Shown piece after piece: positions 39,405 to 49,900 of a stretch of 64,000 nt of DNA. The position numbers were made by a program, and so were the translations under genes. Under the pieces are notes generated by a model that was not told the origin of the DNA, searched no databases, and saw only the letters and a list, made by a program, of their open reading frames with translations. The DNA comes from a bacterium. GTDB lineage: Bacteria > JAJVIF01. The stretch spans positions 1,489,353 to 1,553,352 of the forward strand of contig JAJVIF010000001.1 of the NCBI GenBank assembly GCA_022072165.1, written 5' to 3'. The stretch's first letter is position 1; every line of letters starts with the position of its first letter.

Positions 39405-40427
39405 TTATGCCACTCGGACAGTCCGGACAGGCTCGATGAGGCGGTGCCGGACCAGATATTCCCGGATTTCAGGGATGGTCATGGGAGGGAGTTGCTGGGT
39501 CGAGAGGGGCACCGGAGTCCCTGTAGCCCCCGGAACGCCCCAGGGACGCACGATGTACATCTGGTCGGCTTCCTCGGCCACCAGGGCTTCTTCCGGGGTC
39601 ATCAGCTCTTCGTGGAGCTTTTCGCCGGGACGGATCCCGGTGGTGACGATGGGAATGTCCATGCCTGGCGCGAGGAGGTCGAGGACCGCCCGGGCCAGGT
39701 CCATCACCCGCATGACCGGCATCTTGAGGATAAAGGTCTCCCCCCCCTGCGCCTGGACGGCGGCATCCAGCACCAGACTCACGGCCTGGGGAATCGTCAT
39801 GAAAAATCGGACCATCCCGGCATCGGTCACTGTCAGGGGGCCGCCGCGACGTGTCTGCTCAACAAACAGAGGGAGAACACTGCCGTTGGAGCCAATGACA
39901 TTGCCGAAACGGACATTGGCGCAGATAGTGGGATGGGGGCCCTTGTAGAGAGTCGCAGCAGCCACCAGCTTTTCCGCCAGGAGCTTGGTCGCTCCCATCG
40001 TATTGATGGGCGACACCGACTTGTCGGTATTGATCGCGATCAGCCGCTCCACGTCATGGTCCAGGGCCGCCTCGATCAGGTGCTGGGTCCCCAGGACATT
40101 GGTCTTGACCGCCTCGAAGGGGTTGTACTCGCACAGCGGTACATGCTTCAGAGCGGCGGCATGGAACACCACCTGGACTCCCTCCACTGCCCGCACCAGT
40201 CGATCCTTGTCCCGGATGTCGCCCAACAGGAACCGGACATTGGGATGGTGCTGCAGCTGCTGCCACATCGCGAACTGGTTGTTTTCGTTGCGCGACAGAA
40301 TCCGGACCGCCGCTGGCTCGCAGGCCAGGACCTGCTGCACGATCTCCCGTCCGATGGACCCGGTGCCCCCGGTGACGAGGATAGTTTTGCCGCGAAAGGT
40401 GTCGCAGTACGACTGTGCGTGGGGCAT
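39405..40427 (-). CDS. pseB: UDP-GlcNAc 4,6-dehydratase (PseB/FlaA1/CapD type)
   Basis: 'KTILVTGGTGSIGREIVQQVL', 'VFHAAALKHVPLCEYNP…TNVLGT'. Start set at ATG 40427 ('MPHAQ…'). Confidence 0.8.
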   Translation of the reverse strand: MPHAQSYCDTFRGKTILVTGGTGSIGREIVQQVLACEPAAVRILSRNENNQFAMWQQLQHHPNVRFLLGDIRDKDRLVRAVEGVQVVFHAAALKHVPLCEYNPFEAVKTNVLGTQHLIEAALDHDVERLIAINTDKSVSPINTMGATKLLAEKLVAAATLYKGPHPTICANVRFGNVIGSNGSVLPLFVEQTRRGGPLTVTDAGMVRFFMTIPQAVSLVLDAAVQAQGGETFILKMPVMRVMDLARAVLDLLAPGMDIPIVTTGIRPGEKLHEELMTPEEALVAEEADQMYIVRPWGVPGATGTPVPLSTQQLPPMTIPEIREYLVRHRLIEPVRTVRVA

Positions 40428-40527
40428 AGTGGCCCGGTTATCGGCAGCGTGGTAGCGTTTTGTAGCCCCTAGCCTGAGTCTCCAGATCGCCGCAGTCTTC
40501 AGTCTCCCCACAGGGAAGGTGGAATCA

Positions 40528-41271
40528 ATGTCTCTCAAAGCCCTGTCAACCGCGAAAATCGAAGCAACTTTCGGCAAGTTCACCTACTCCCCCGCTCCTA
40601 CAGCGGGACACATCGTGATTGATCCTGTGTGGGTCAAAGAGCAGATTGTCAGCCCGGTCCCAGCCCTGAAGCACTTCACCGGGGAACGACGCTGTCATCG
40701 ACGCATCGCGCCCTTCCTGCAGGCGGCGTTTGAGGAAATCGCCCGTCAGGGACTCACCGGACGAGTCCTCACCTGGGGCGGCTCCTTCGTCCCCCGTCAT
40801 AAGAACCACGATCCCAAACGGAGCCTGTCGTCCCACAGCTGGGGAATCGCCTGCGACATCAACGCCCAGTGGAATGGCTACGGCGTCACGCCCCCGCCCA
40901 TCGGCGCGCATGGATCGGTCCGGGAACTGGTACCGATTCTCGAACGATACGGCTTTGCCTGGGGCGGATACTGGGATACCGCCGATGGGATGCACTTCGA
41001 GTTCGCCGACCTCACCCTGCTGGAAGCGGCTCCCCCTGCCCCCGTGCTGCTCCTCATCGATGGCACGCCCCATCCTGAGGTCCCGCTGGTCCGGGATGAG
41101 CAGCGTTTCTTCACGATCGCCGGACCGCTGGGAGCCGCACTGGGACGTCCGATGCCAGCCACCGAAGCCGGGCTGCGGGTCCCCCTCAGGGTGATCGCCG
41201 AGCTCGCGGGGTTCCGCGTGAAGTACCACCGCGACGAGGATCAGGAGCGGATCGAACTGCTGTCGGTCTGA
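40528..41271 (+). CDS. Peptidase M15 (D-Ala-D-Ala carboxypeptidase/VanY-like) with C-terminal Cu-amine-oxidase-N1-like β-domain
   Basis: 'SSHSWGIACDINAQWNGYG…YGFAWGGYWDTADGMHFEF' are M15 zinc-site motifs. C-terminus '…VPLRVIAELAGFRVKYHRDEDQERIEL'. RBS AGGGAAGG 8 nt before the ATG. Confidence 0.65.
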   Translation: MSLKALSTAKIEATFGKFTYSPAPTAGHIVIDPVWVKEQIVSPVPALKHFTGERRCHRRIAPFLQAAFEEIARQGLTGRVLTWGGSFVPRHKNHDPKRSLSSHSWGIACDINAQWNGYGVTPPPIGAHGSVRELVPILERYGFAWGGYWDTADGMHFEFADLTLLEAAPPAPVLLLIDGTPHPEVPLVRDEQRFFTIAGPLGAALGRPMPATEAGLRVPLRVIAELAGFRVKYHRDEDQERIELLSV

Positions 41272-41279
41272 TGTCAGGA

Positions 41280-42329
41280 CTACAGGGCCGGGACCGCAAG
41301 TGACACCAGCAAGGATGCCGGGACCGCCGCATCCGCCGGCAGGTCCGCAGGAAGCGGCTGGCCAAGCACCGCATCGAGGGCATCCGCGGGGACCTCGCCC
41401 TGGGGACGCGCAGCGTAGAGGTCTTCACGCCGTAAACGATGCCCTGCGGGCAGCGACCGTGTCAGGTATAGCCCCGGACGTCCTGCGGTGCGCAGCCCGG
41501 TCTCCCGGCCCTTCGCCTCCTTGACGCCATCCCCCCGCATCTGCCAGAGGAGGGGTGTGGCCTCGACCAGCTCCTGCAGCATGGCGGGGTCGGCGGACCC
41601 GGCCTGGTCCGGCCCCGGGAGTTCGCGATCGAGGGTGAAATGCTTTTCGATGAGGCAGGCACCCATCGCGATCGCCGCGAACGCGGCGAGGTTGCCGGTC
41701 CAGTGGTCGCTGAATCCTATGGGCCAGGAGAACTCCGCGGCGAGCGTCCGCAGCGCCAGCAAATTGACCTCTTCCGCTTCGGGCGGGTACTGCGTGATGC
41801 AATGCAGCAACACGATGCCCGGACAGCCCCCGGCTTCCAGCCGTCCGACCCCATACGCCACTTCGTCCAGCGTCGTCATGCCCGTGGAGAGAATCACCGG
41901 CTTGCCGGTCGCCGCCACTGCATCCAGCAGGAGCGGATTGGTGCAGTCGCTCGAAGCGATCTTGAATGCCGGCACCTGCAGGACATCGTTGAGAAATGCC
42001 ACCCAGTCGACACCGAAGGGTGTACAGAGAAAGGGGATCCCCTCAGCGATCGCCACCTGATGCAACGCCTGGAAGTCAGACTCGGTGAGGGCCCATTCCT
42101 GGAACATCTCGACTGCGACCGGATTCGCCACAGGATTGAAGAGCCGTGAGGGGGTAAACGCCTGGAACTTCACGGCATCCGCGCCTGCTTTCCGGCCAGC
42201 CCGGATCATGGCCCCTCCCAGATGGGGGTCGCCGTTATGGTTGATGCCGATTTCTGCCAGGATCAGGGGGCGATGGCCGGGGCCTACGGGCTGACCGGCG
42301 ATGGTGACAGATCGGGGAGTGCGGTCCAT
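41280..42329 (-). CDS. pseI: Pseudaminic/N-acetylneuraminic acid synthase family (PseI/NeuB) with C-terminal SAF domain
   Basis: 'PLILAEIGINHNGD', 'VKFQAF'. TIM-barrel NeuB-like body plus SAF-like C-terminus. Confidence 0.8.
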   Translation of the reverse strand: MDRTPRSVTIAGQPVGPGHRPLILAEIGINHNGDPHLGGAMIRAGRKAGADAVKFQAFTPSRLFNPVANPVAVEMFQEWALTESDFQALHQVAIAEGIPFLCTPFGVDWVAFLNDVLQVPAFKIASSDCTNPLLLDAVAATGKPVILSTGMTTLDEVAYGVGRLEAGGCPGIVLLHCITQYPPEAEEVNLLALRTLAAEFSWPIGFSDHWTGNLAAFAAIAMGACLIEKHFTLDRELPGPDQAGSADPAMLQELVEATPLLWQMRGDGVKEAKGRETGLRTAGRPGLYLTRSLPAGHRLRREDLYAARPQGEVPADALDAVLGQPLPADLPADAAVPASLLVSLAVPAL

Positions 42330-43051
42330 GCGGACTCCTTGAGGGACTGAATGGTGGAGGCGAGATGCTGTTCCGGGGGCTGGTTCCGGGTATGTCGGCT
42401 GGCTAATTCGCGAAGGGCGGTCCAGGCAAAGGCTGCCGGTGCGATCGGTTCCTCGGGGAGGAGGTTGGCGATCCAGCGGTAGTCGTCGGGGGTGTCTACG
42501 GTGAGGCGGAGGTCCGGGAGTCGGTACTCCACCGGGACCTGCCAGCGAGTGATCCGGAACTGCGCCGGACGCCGCAGGAGTCCCAGCGTGGCGTGTTCCC
42601 GTTCATCTGCTGCTTCCACCAGTTGATCCAGCCGCAACAGCGCTTCCCGCCGCACGATTTCTACGGTGGTCCCCAGGGGCGCTCCTTCGATGGAGCAGTA
42701 GTCGGCATCGGCAGCGACAGCCGCTGCGAGCGCTGATTGGATGAACTCCGGTAGCACGAAGGGGTTATCGGCGGTGGCTCGCAGGACCCACTCGACCCCC
42801 TTGCAGGACTCCGCCGCCAGCACCAGCCGTCGCAGCACATCCGCTTCCGGTCCCCTGACACAGTCCCCCGCGAGGTACTCCGACAGGGGATCGTCTGTCG
42901 CACTGTCAGGGATACAGGGGATGACCGAGACGACGGTCGCGAGTCGCTGGATCGACCAGTCGATGAGTCGCCAGGCACCGAGGGGCAGCAGCACTTTGCC
43001 CGGGAGGCGGGAGGCATTCAGGCGCGCCTGCAGGAGGGCCACAGCGGACAC
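42284..43051 (-). CDS. Acylneuraminate/pseudaminate cytidylyltransferase family (PseF/SpsF-like)
   Basis: 'LLQARLNASRLPGKVLLPLG…' is a CTP_transf_3 N-terminal motif. Overlaps pseI by 46 nt. Confidence 0.6.
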   Translation of the reverse strand: MSAVALLQARLNASRLPGKVLLPLGAWRLIDWSIQRLATVVSVIPCIPDSATDDPLSEYLAGDCVRGPEADVLRRLVLAAESCKGVEWVLRATADNPFVLPEFIQSALAAAVAADADYCSIEGAPLGTTVEIVRREALLRLDQLVEAADEREHATLGLLRRPAQFRITRWQVPVEYRLPDLRLTVDTPDDYRWIANLLPEEPIAPAAFAWTALRELASRHTRNQPPEQHLASTIQSLKESAWTALPDLSPSPVSP

Positions 43052-43089
43052 GAGGAGTGTTATCGACTCATAAACGCAAAAATCGAGAC

Positions 43090-43449
43090 CTAGCCCGCCT
43101 GATCCAGAAATCGGGCTTCCGGACTGGCCTCCGGCGCATGGTAGCCCCGACTCACCCGCAGTTGATGAATGTTCCGCAATTCGGCAGCGAGCTGCTCCTG
43201 GCGTCCGGCGAGAGCCAGGGCGATGGCCTCGTCCTGCCCCAGGATGGTCTCCATGAGGGGCAGAAGCTGCTCGCGTACGGGAGCTTCAGCCGCAGCAGCC
43301 GGGCGATTCTCGTCCCGCATCCAGAGGTGCCGCTCCTGGAGCAATGTGAGGGCGGCTTCGAGCGACTCCGGGTCCGCCGCCATCGCGGCGAGGATCTGCT
43401 CATTCAGGGTCAGGATTTGCCGGTAAAAAAGGAGCGGCTCGGCGGCCAT
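43090..43449 (-). CDS. Hypothetical helical protein (possible FliT/FlgN-like chaperone)
   Basis: 119-aa all-helical acidic ORF directly downstream of fliS, the position FliT occupies in Bacillus. No sequence signature. Confidence 0.35.
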   Translation of the reverse strand: MAAEPLLFYRQILTLNEQILAAMAADPESLEAALTLLQERHLWMRDENRPAAAAEAPVREQLLPLMETILGQDEAIALALAGRQEQLAAELRNIHQLRVSRGYHAPEASPEARFLDQAG

Positions 43450-43467
43450 GGGGGAGGTCCTCGGCGG

Positions 43468-43938
43468 TCAGCCAGCGATGTTGATGTGTCGACGCGGCTC
43501 GGCTGCTGCGGGCTCGCTGTCAGCAACAGGAAGGACCGGGGGTTCCGTACGGGATTTGCCGATCACTTCTTCCCAGAGGTCCCGGACCTGTTCGGCGATC
43601 CGCTGCGCTTCCTCAAAGCGGGCGTCATCCTTGCGGATGTTGGCATCCAGCAGGATGTCGTAGACCAGATAGTAGATCCCCTGCAGATGCGGCACATAGT
43701 CCCCCGCTTCGGGATCGAGGGCGATGAGGAGCTCCAGATAGATGTTTTGCGCCTTGATGGTGGCGTTGTGGCAGGTATCGAGCGCGCCTTCCGCCAGAGC
43801 TTTGCGGGCCTGGTGAATGAATCCGACCGCGCCATGCAGCAGCGCCTGAAGCTTGCGCTCCGGAGTCGCGGCGTTGATGGACTGCTCCATGTAGGTTTGC
43901 TTGACGTCCATAAGCGCGCTGTTACGCCTCCTTCGCAC
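43468..43938 (-). CDS. fliS: Flagellin-specific chaperone FliS
   Basis: 'YMEQSINAATPERKLQALLHGAVGFIHQARKALAEGALDTCHNATIKAQNIYLELLIALDPEAGDYVPHLQGIYYLVYDILLDANIRKD' fits the FliS family pattern. True start is probably a few codons downstream. Confidence 0.8.
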   Translation of the reverse strand: MRRRRNSALMDVKQTYMEQSINAATPERKLQALLHGAVGFIHQARKALAEGALDTCHNATIKAQNIYLELLIALDPEAGDYVPHLQGIYYLVYDILLDANIRKDDARFEEAQRIAEQVRDLWEEVIGKSRTEPPVLPVADSEPAAAEPRRHINIAG

Positions 43939-45967
43939 TGACCACCGAGGATTCGACCAGGACCTGCCGGGCCTGACGGACTGCCGACTGCAGGGCCGGA
44001 CGGAGCCGCATCATCGCCTGTACCACACTGGCGTAGAGCTTCAGGTACGCCTCCAGCGCTTCCATGTAGACGTTGAAATTTGCCTGCTTGCCGCCGAGCG
44101 CCGCCTGCGCGTTGAGGAAGCTCTTGATGCCGGTCTGATTCGCCATCTCCAGCAACGTGGTCGCAAACCCATGCTTAAAAAGGCGCTTGCGCATGGCATC
44201 GGCGGCATGGAGTCGCTCAGCAGCGAGCCCCTCGGGCAGTCGCCCCAGGGTATGCATCGTGCGATACCACTCCGTGAGGTCGTTGAACGCCTGCCGGGCT
44301 TCGCGATCCAGGGACTCGAAGTCCGCCTGCAACTGATCTAACGACGCCATAAAACGTGGGAGGTCCCGCGTCTGCGGCTCACGACGGGCGGCGGCCAGGC
44401 GCTCCCAGACATCCAGCGGCTGCGTGCAGTATTCGCCTGCGACATCGCTGAAGTCGCGGACCTGGACCCCTTCTTTCAGGATGCCGCCGCCGGTGGCGTT
44501 GATGACTGTGATGTCGGGTGACGTATGGGCGATTTCCCGGACAAACCAGCGGTGGTAGGCGAACATCTGCCGGTTGGTCTGCACCGGCTGACCATAAATG
44601 TCGGTCAGGGTCATCAGCCGGCTGTCGTTAAGTCGCGCGGCCTGGGCTTCAGCGGTCATTTCATGGCCCAGTTCCGTCTCAAAGTAGGTCCCGGGGACGT
44701 AGGTACGCCCACCCGGGAACGAGAGGTCCTGCCCGAGGAAGATGATGGGATTCCCCCCGACTCGCCGGGCCAGGTCAAAGACCATCGTAGCCACTGAGCC
44801 CCAGCACAGGACCTGCCCCATTTCCCCGAGTTCCTGCTCGATCCAGTTCATCAGGCGGTCGCGGAACGAGGCAATAAAGAGCCGGTCGCCATACTCCGCC
44901 AGCGAGGCGGGATAGGTCATCGGTTCGGCGCAGAGGTAGGAAGGCACCTGGCTGGCGAGTCCGGCGATGTGCCGGTGGTTCGCTTCCTGGGGGTCGCCAG
45001 CGCAGATCAGATGCGGGGTGATGCCCGCATTGAGCAGCGGCCTCAGAGCGGTGTCGCAGGCGATGATCAGACAGCGGTCCTGCACCTGACGCAGGGTCGG
45101 TAGGGTCTGCTCCAGGCTCGGACCAGCCGCAACACAGACTACCGGCACGTTCCCAAAGCGATCAAAGAGCGTATTGACTCCTGGACTTCGGACCAGATGC
45201 GGCACGCTCTGTAACGTGTTGCTCAGGTACACATGCGCCATCACCATCAGGGTCTGCAGGTTCCCCGCGACCGTGTGCATGTAGCCCCGGATCTGATCCA
45301 TGAGCTGTGCGGCGAAACCTTCTGGAAGACGACGATCAACATTGGGCGATGACACAAAGGCGATGCCGCTGGCATGGACCATCGAAAAGCGGGTCGCCCA
45401 GGTGGAGAAAGCCTGCTCCTGGGTCGGACGAACCAGCAGCGTGACCCGGGGATCCCCCAGCAATGCTGCGAGAGGGCGATCCATCAGTGCCAGGCGGGCG
45501 CAGAGGAAGTCCGGCTCGATGATGAGGAGTTGTCCATCCGAAGGAAGCGCGGCCAGCGCCGCTTCCGCGACATACCCCAGGCCGAGACCGAACACGACCG
45601 CGTTGCCCCGGCGTGCGACTTCCGCCGCCTCGACGAGGTCACGAGCTTCAGCACCAGGGTCGTACTTCGAGTGGAGCCAGAGCTGGGCAGCGTCTGAACG
45701 GGCCTGGAGGGTGAGGTCGCCGGACCGGGCCGGCTCGATGAAGTATTGCCAGCCCCGGAGCCCCGCCGGTTGTTGCTGGAGTCCCAGTTGCTCCGCGAGG
45801 GCGAAGTCGTGGGCTGCGAGCGCTCGCAGATTCGCGGTGAGCAGGTCGGTGGGCTGCTCCACCATCAGCTGCGCGTTCATAGCCCCTCCCTGGGCGACCG
45901 GGGGACCGATCAGTTGACCGGCGGATCCCCCGATGACTTTTTGCTTCCCGGACGCGGGACCTGCCAC
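43922..45967 (-). CDS. maf: Motility-accessory-factor (Maf, DUF115/MptE-like) flagellin glycosyltransferase family protein
   Basis: ~650-aa protein with Maf-typical length and position next to pse genes and fliS/fliD. Central 6-hydroxymethylpterin-diphosphokinase-like DUF115 region. Start may be the internal ATG near 45880. Confidence 0.6.
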   Translation of the reverse strand: MAGPASGKQKVIGGSAGQLIGPPVAQGGAMNAQLMVEQPTDLLTANLRALAAHDFALAEQLGLQQQPAGLRGWQYFIEPARSGDLTLQARSDAAQLWLHSKYDPGAEARDLVEAAEVARRGNAVVFGLGLGYVAEAALAALPSDGQLLIIEPDFLCARLALMDRPLAALLGDPRVTLLVRPTQEQAFSTWATRFSMVHASGIAFVSSPNVDRRLPEGFAAQLMDQIRGYMHTVAGNLQTLMVMAHVYLSNTLQSVPHLVRSPGVNTLFDRFGNVPVVCVAAGPSLEQTLPTLRQVQDRCLIIACDTALRPLLNAGITPHLICAGDPQEANHRHIAGLASQVPSYLCAEPMTYPASLAEYGDRLFIASFRDRLMNWIEQELGEMGQVLCWGSVATMVFDLARRVGGNPIIFLGQDLSFPGGRTYVPGTYFETELGHEMTAEAQAARLNDSRLMTLTDIYGQPVQTNRQMFAYHRWFVREIAHTSPDITVINATGGGILKEGVQVRDFSDVAGEYCTQPLDVWERLAAARREPQTRDLPRFMASLDQLQADFESLDREARQAFNDLTEWYRTMHTLGRLPEGLAAERLHAADAMRKRLFKHGFATTLLEMANQTGIKSFLNAQAALGGKQANFNVYMEALEAYLKLYASVVQAMMRLRPALQSAVRQARQVLVESSVVSAKEA

Positions 45968-46833
45968 GCGTCATCCAGGTCATCGATGCTGACTTCTGTG
46001 ATGCCATCGGTGTCGGCATGGGTCTGTCCGGTGTGGGTCCGGAAGGTCCGGGGGGCCACCTCGGCATCCGACAGCTGCTGGTCCGGGGACTCATCGAACT
46101 CGTCCCCGTCCTCATCGCTCTCCAGCAGGGCCTCGGACCAGGCTCCCTGTGCCGCCCCTTCCTGTCGCTCCCGGGCACGGCGTGCGATCTCTTCCCGGTA
46201 CTCCGGTACCGCCTTCATGGCCGAGTCCAGCAGCAAAGGCATCACGGCGATGAACTGATAGACCAGTGGCGAGAGGTCGTAGGCCGCCACTTCGCCGGCA
46301 GCGGACCAGTCTTCATTTTCGGCAGCCGTCAGGAGTGCTTCGGCCTGCTCCTGCAACCGTTGCTGCAATCTGGCGACACTTCCCCCTTCATCGGACTCCA
46401 GCAGGACCCGGGCGAAGTCCAGTTGCAGGACCGTCCGGACCCCCTCGAGCATGGCCAGGAAGTGCTGCAGCAGTTCCATGCAGGCATCGAGCCCTTCCAG
46501 GCCCTCGTCGAGTTCCCCCTTACGGATCTGCGCTGCGCTGAACTCCAGTGCCCGGGAGAGCTCCGGCAGGTAGTCGGTGGAATGGAGCAGGCTGTCGATG
46601 GCGAGTGCCCGGGGCTCCGCAGTCTGGAGTTCCAGACGTCCAACATTCTCCAGGGCGAAGCCGTAGAGCAGTTCTTCCTGCTCCATCGACAGGGGCTCCT
46701 CATTGAGCTGCAGGCTGGTGACCACGCGCCCACCCGGCACGAGTTCCCGCTCAATGCGCTCCATGAGTTCGCCGAAGCTGGTAAGTCCCTCCAGCAGGAC
46801 CTCCCGCACCTGGCCATCGATGGTGACCTGCAT
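45910..46833 (-). CDS. Hypothetical acidic protein in flagellar filament operon
   Basis: ~308 aa from ATG 46833 ('MQVTIDGQVREV…'). Highly acidic C-terminus '…ESDEDGDEFDESPDQQLSDAEV'. No family recognised. Confidence 0.45.
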   Translation of the reverse strand: MQVTIDGQVREVLLEGLTSFGELMERIERELVPGGRVVTSLQLNEEPLSMEQEELLYGFALENVGRLELQTAEPRALAIDSLLHSTDYLPELSRALEFSAAQIRKGELDEGLEGLDACMELLQHFLAMLEGVRTVLQLDFARVLLESDEGGSVARLQQRLQEQAEALLTAAENEDWSAAGEVAAYDLSPLVYQFIAVMPLLLDSAMKAVPEYREEIARRARERQEGAAQGAWSEALLESDEDGDEFDESPDQQLSDAEVAPRTFRTHTGQTHADTDGITEVSIDDLDDAWQVPRPGSKKSSGDPPVN

Positions 46834-46963
46834 GGTCGTCCGTTCGGTCCTTTGCTCGTCAGGCGCAGCAGCGCCCTGATCCGTGGCCATGAGCGGCCAC
46901 CTCCCGGGAGTTGTCGGCAGCACGGCTGCCGTCTTGAGCGACAGCCCATTATGACGCCGCTCG

Positions 46964-49900
46964 CTAGCGGGCTACGCTGATCCCTGACCCGGTCCCCTGC
47001 TGTTGCGCGCCGAGTCTGGCGGTCAGGAACTGACTGTCCCGCTGGAGCCGCGACAGCGCTCGCTCCACCTCCACGAACTGCTGCCGGATGCGGGCTTCGT
47101 AATCGGCCAGCCGCTCCTCAGCCCGACTCAACTCGGACCCCAATTCGGCGAGGCGCTGGTCCAGCACGCCGCCGGTGGTGATCTGCCGGTTAATGAGCCC
47201 GTTCAGACCGGTGAACTCTTTGAGGCTGTTCTCCAGACGACGTGCAATCCCTGCGGCAGCCTGGGCATCAGCCCCGAAAGTCGAGCCGCTGCTCAGGCCG
47301 ATGGTGTCCTGCAAACTGGCGCCGGCGTTGAGGTCCTGAATGGTGATGAGGGCTTTGCCGACCGTCTCGGTCCGGCTGAACTCCAGCCGCCCGGCGCTGT
47401 TGAGTCGAACGCCAATTTTGTCCGTGAGCCCCGCCTGTCCCAGGGCCGTGGTGATGCGATTGACCAGTTCGGCGCTGGTGTAGTACCCGGCATCAAGGGT
47501 GATGGTGGCGACATTGAGGGCATCGCCCACCGAGAACGAGAGGCGGCTGCCGAGGGTCAGTCCGAAATTCAGGTTGTTCTGGCTGGCGATGACGACTTTG
47601 GATTCCTGCGGATTGCCGAACAGCTGCTGCACGTCATTGGCACGATCTGTCAGCGACTCCCGCAGGGTCGCGTTGCTCTGCAGAGCCGTGAGAATCTCGT
47701 CGGGGTCCGTGGTGTCGGCCACCAGCCAGCCCTTTTGCAACTGGTCGTTCAGCACGCTGGTCCCGACACTTCCGGTATTCAGTCCCAGAGCACCCAGTCG
47801 ATTCAGTGCGGAAGTCACCGACACCACCGGCTCCAGGATCGCCCGGCGACTCTGGGTGACCGCCCGACGAATCGTCTGATCCCGATAAATGAGATCCCGC
47901 GTCAGCAGGGCTTCCCGTCGTGATTCGTATTCATCGATTTCCGCGAAGGTCAGGCTCTGCCGCTGGCGCTCCGTCAGTTCCCGGGTCTGTTCCACCTCAT
48001 CATCGTTCAGCGGCCGGGGATTCAGCAGCAGCAGGGTCTCGTTGTAGCTCACCACGAAATCCCGAATTGCGAGCAGCGACTTCTCGGTATCAACCGTGAT
48101 GTCGATGGCGACCGGGTCGGCACTGACACCAGTCAGATCCAGGGTGACATCGGGGAGAACATCCTTGATGGTGTTGGTGTTCCGGGTGTAGCTGACCCCA
48201 TCCAGGGTGAACTCGGCACTCCGACGCGGCGTACCGATGGTCGTGGTTACGGTCGGCGTGTTGGTCAGTCGCAGCGCAGCGAGGATGTTGGACGAGTCGG
48301 TCACGGCTCCGACCGTGATGCCGGTGGCGGTCGTGGACTCATCCAGCTTCTGCACCAGGCTGAGACGGTCCGTGACCGGGTCATAAGCGGCGGTGACTCC
48401 TGCCGGACTGTTGTTGATTTTCGTGATCAGCGACTGCAGCGTATCGACCCCAGAATCTACGGTCAGCGTGACACCGTTGATCGTGAATGTGCCGCTGGTG
48501 GGGGTGATGCTGAGATTTGATCCCGAAAGCGGGCTGGTGAGCGAAACAGTCCCGGCATCCGCGCCGGGAATCGAAGTGCCGCCGGCAGCTTCCAGCAGTC
48601 CGGCGATCCGCAGGAAATTCGACGTGTCGCCAGGCCCACCGAGGCGGATGCTCCCCTGCCCCGGCGTCGCGTTTTCCAGCGTGATGCGATCCAGCGCTTC
48701 GTCGTAGCGCGCGATGACTCCAGCCCCAGAGCTGTTGATCAGTCCCAGAACGCTGATCACGGTCTGGGTCGCGCTGGTGATGGCGATCACTTTTCCATTG
48801 ATGGTGAACGTGCCGTCAATGTGGTCAATGGCGTTGGTCGATGAGGACTCGACGGTTTGTGCGAACCCGGCATTGATGAGCCCTCGACCGATATCCAGGG
48901 GGGGCGTAGTGGTATTCGTCGACGCGCTGATCCCCGCCTGCCCCAGAATCGCGGCTTTCGTGGCGGGGGCCTGATTCAGTTCGCTGCTCTCGACGGTCCG
49001 GATCTGGGCGACCCCGGCGCTAAACGTGTTCCCCCCCACGCCATTGATCGTGATGCCAGGGATCAGTGTCGTGATGGCGGTCCCTTCCGCCTGACTGATG
49101 ACCGTGCGCTGTTCGGGGCCGCCATTCTCAGGAGTAAAGACCGACACTGCCGTGACATCAGCCGCCAGGGTCGTGGCGTTAGTGGTGGTGACATCGGTGT
49201 CGATGCCAGCGGTGGGATCAAGCAGCGTCTCAAGGATGCCCCCAGCCACATCGGTGAAGCGGAGATTTTCTCCCCCCCGGTTACTGCTGATTCTCAGAAA
49301 GACGCCACCGCCACCATCGTCCACGAGGGTCGCGGTCACCGAAGGGACCTGCCCATTGATCGCCGCGACCAGGTCCTGGACGCTGCTTTGCTCGGTGAGT
49401 CCGAGGATCACGACAGGCGAGGCTCCGCCGGTCCCGGCATCGCGGTCGATGGTGAATCGATTCCAGGTCGTGAGGCCGGGAATGGACCCCAGACGATCCT
49501 GTGGCTGGAGGGAGACGGTCCCGGTGACGGAACCTGCGAGGCCTTCGGAGAAGGTCAGCCGATGGCTCCCCCGGGCAGGGACCGAGAAGGCGGTACTGGT
49601 CGCAAGCTGGCGGGTTTCGGCAGCACCGGTCACCGAGCGGAACATCACCGGCAAAGTCAGGGTGTTCCCGGTCGGGCCACCGTTGTTGAAGGTCAACCCG
49701 AGGCGGGTCTGGCTGGGACCAGCGACCGCATCTGTGACCACGAGCTTGCCGTTTTCGATGGTGGCGAGGGCAGTCCCGGCGTACGCCGTGTTAATCGCTG
49801 CCACCAGATCGTTCAGCGTATGCCCGGCCCCATAGGTGTAGTTCGTGGTGACCAGCGTGCCATCGGGCTGGGTGACATTGAGCGTAATGGAATCCAGGCC

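Noticed and set aside
39399-40472. 357-aa plus-strand ORF
   Set aside because: It is antisense to pseB, which has a canonical NAD-binding motif.
43057-43941. 294-aa plus-strand ORF
   Set aside because: It is antisense to fliS and the small helical gene. It has no RBS and low-complexity composition.
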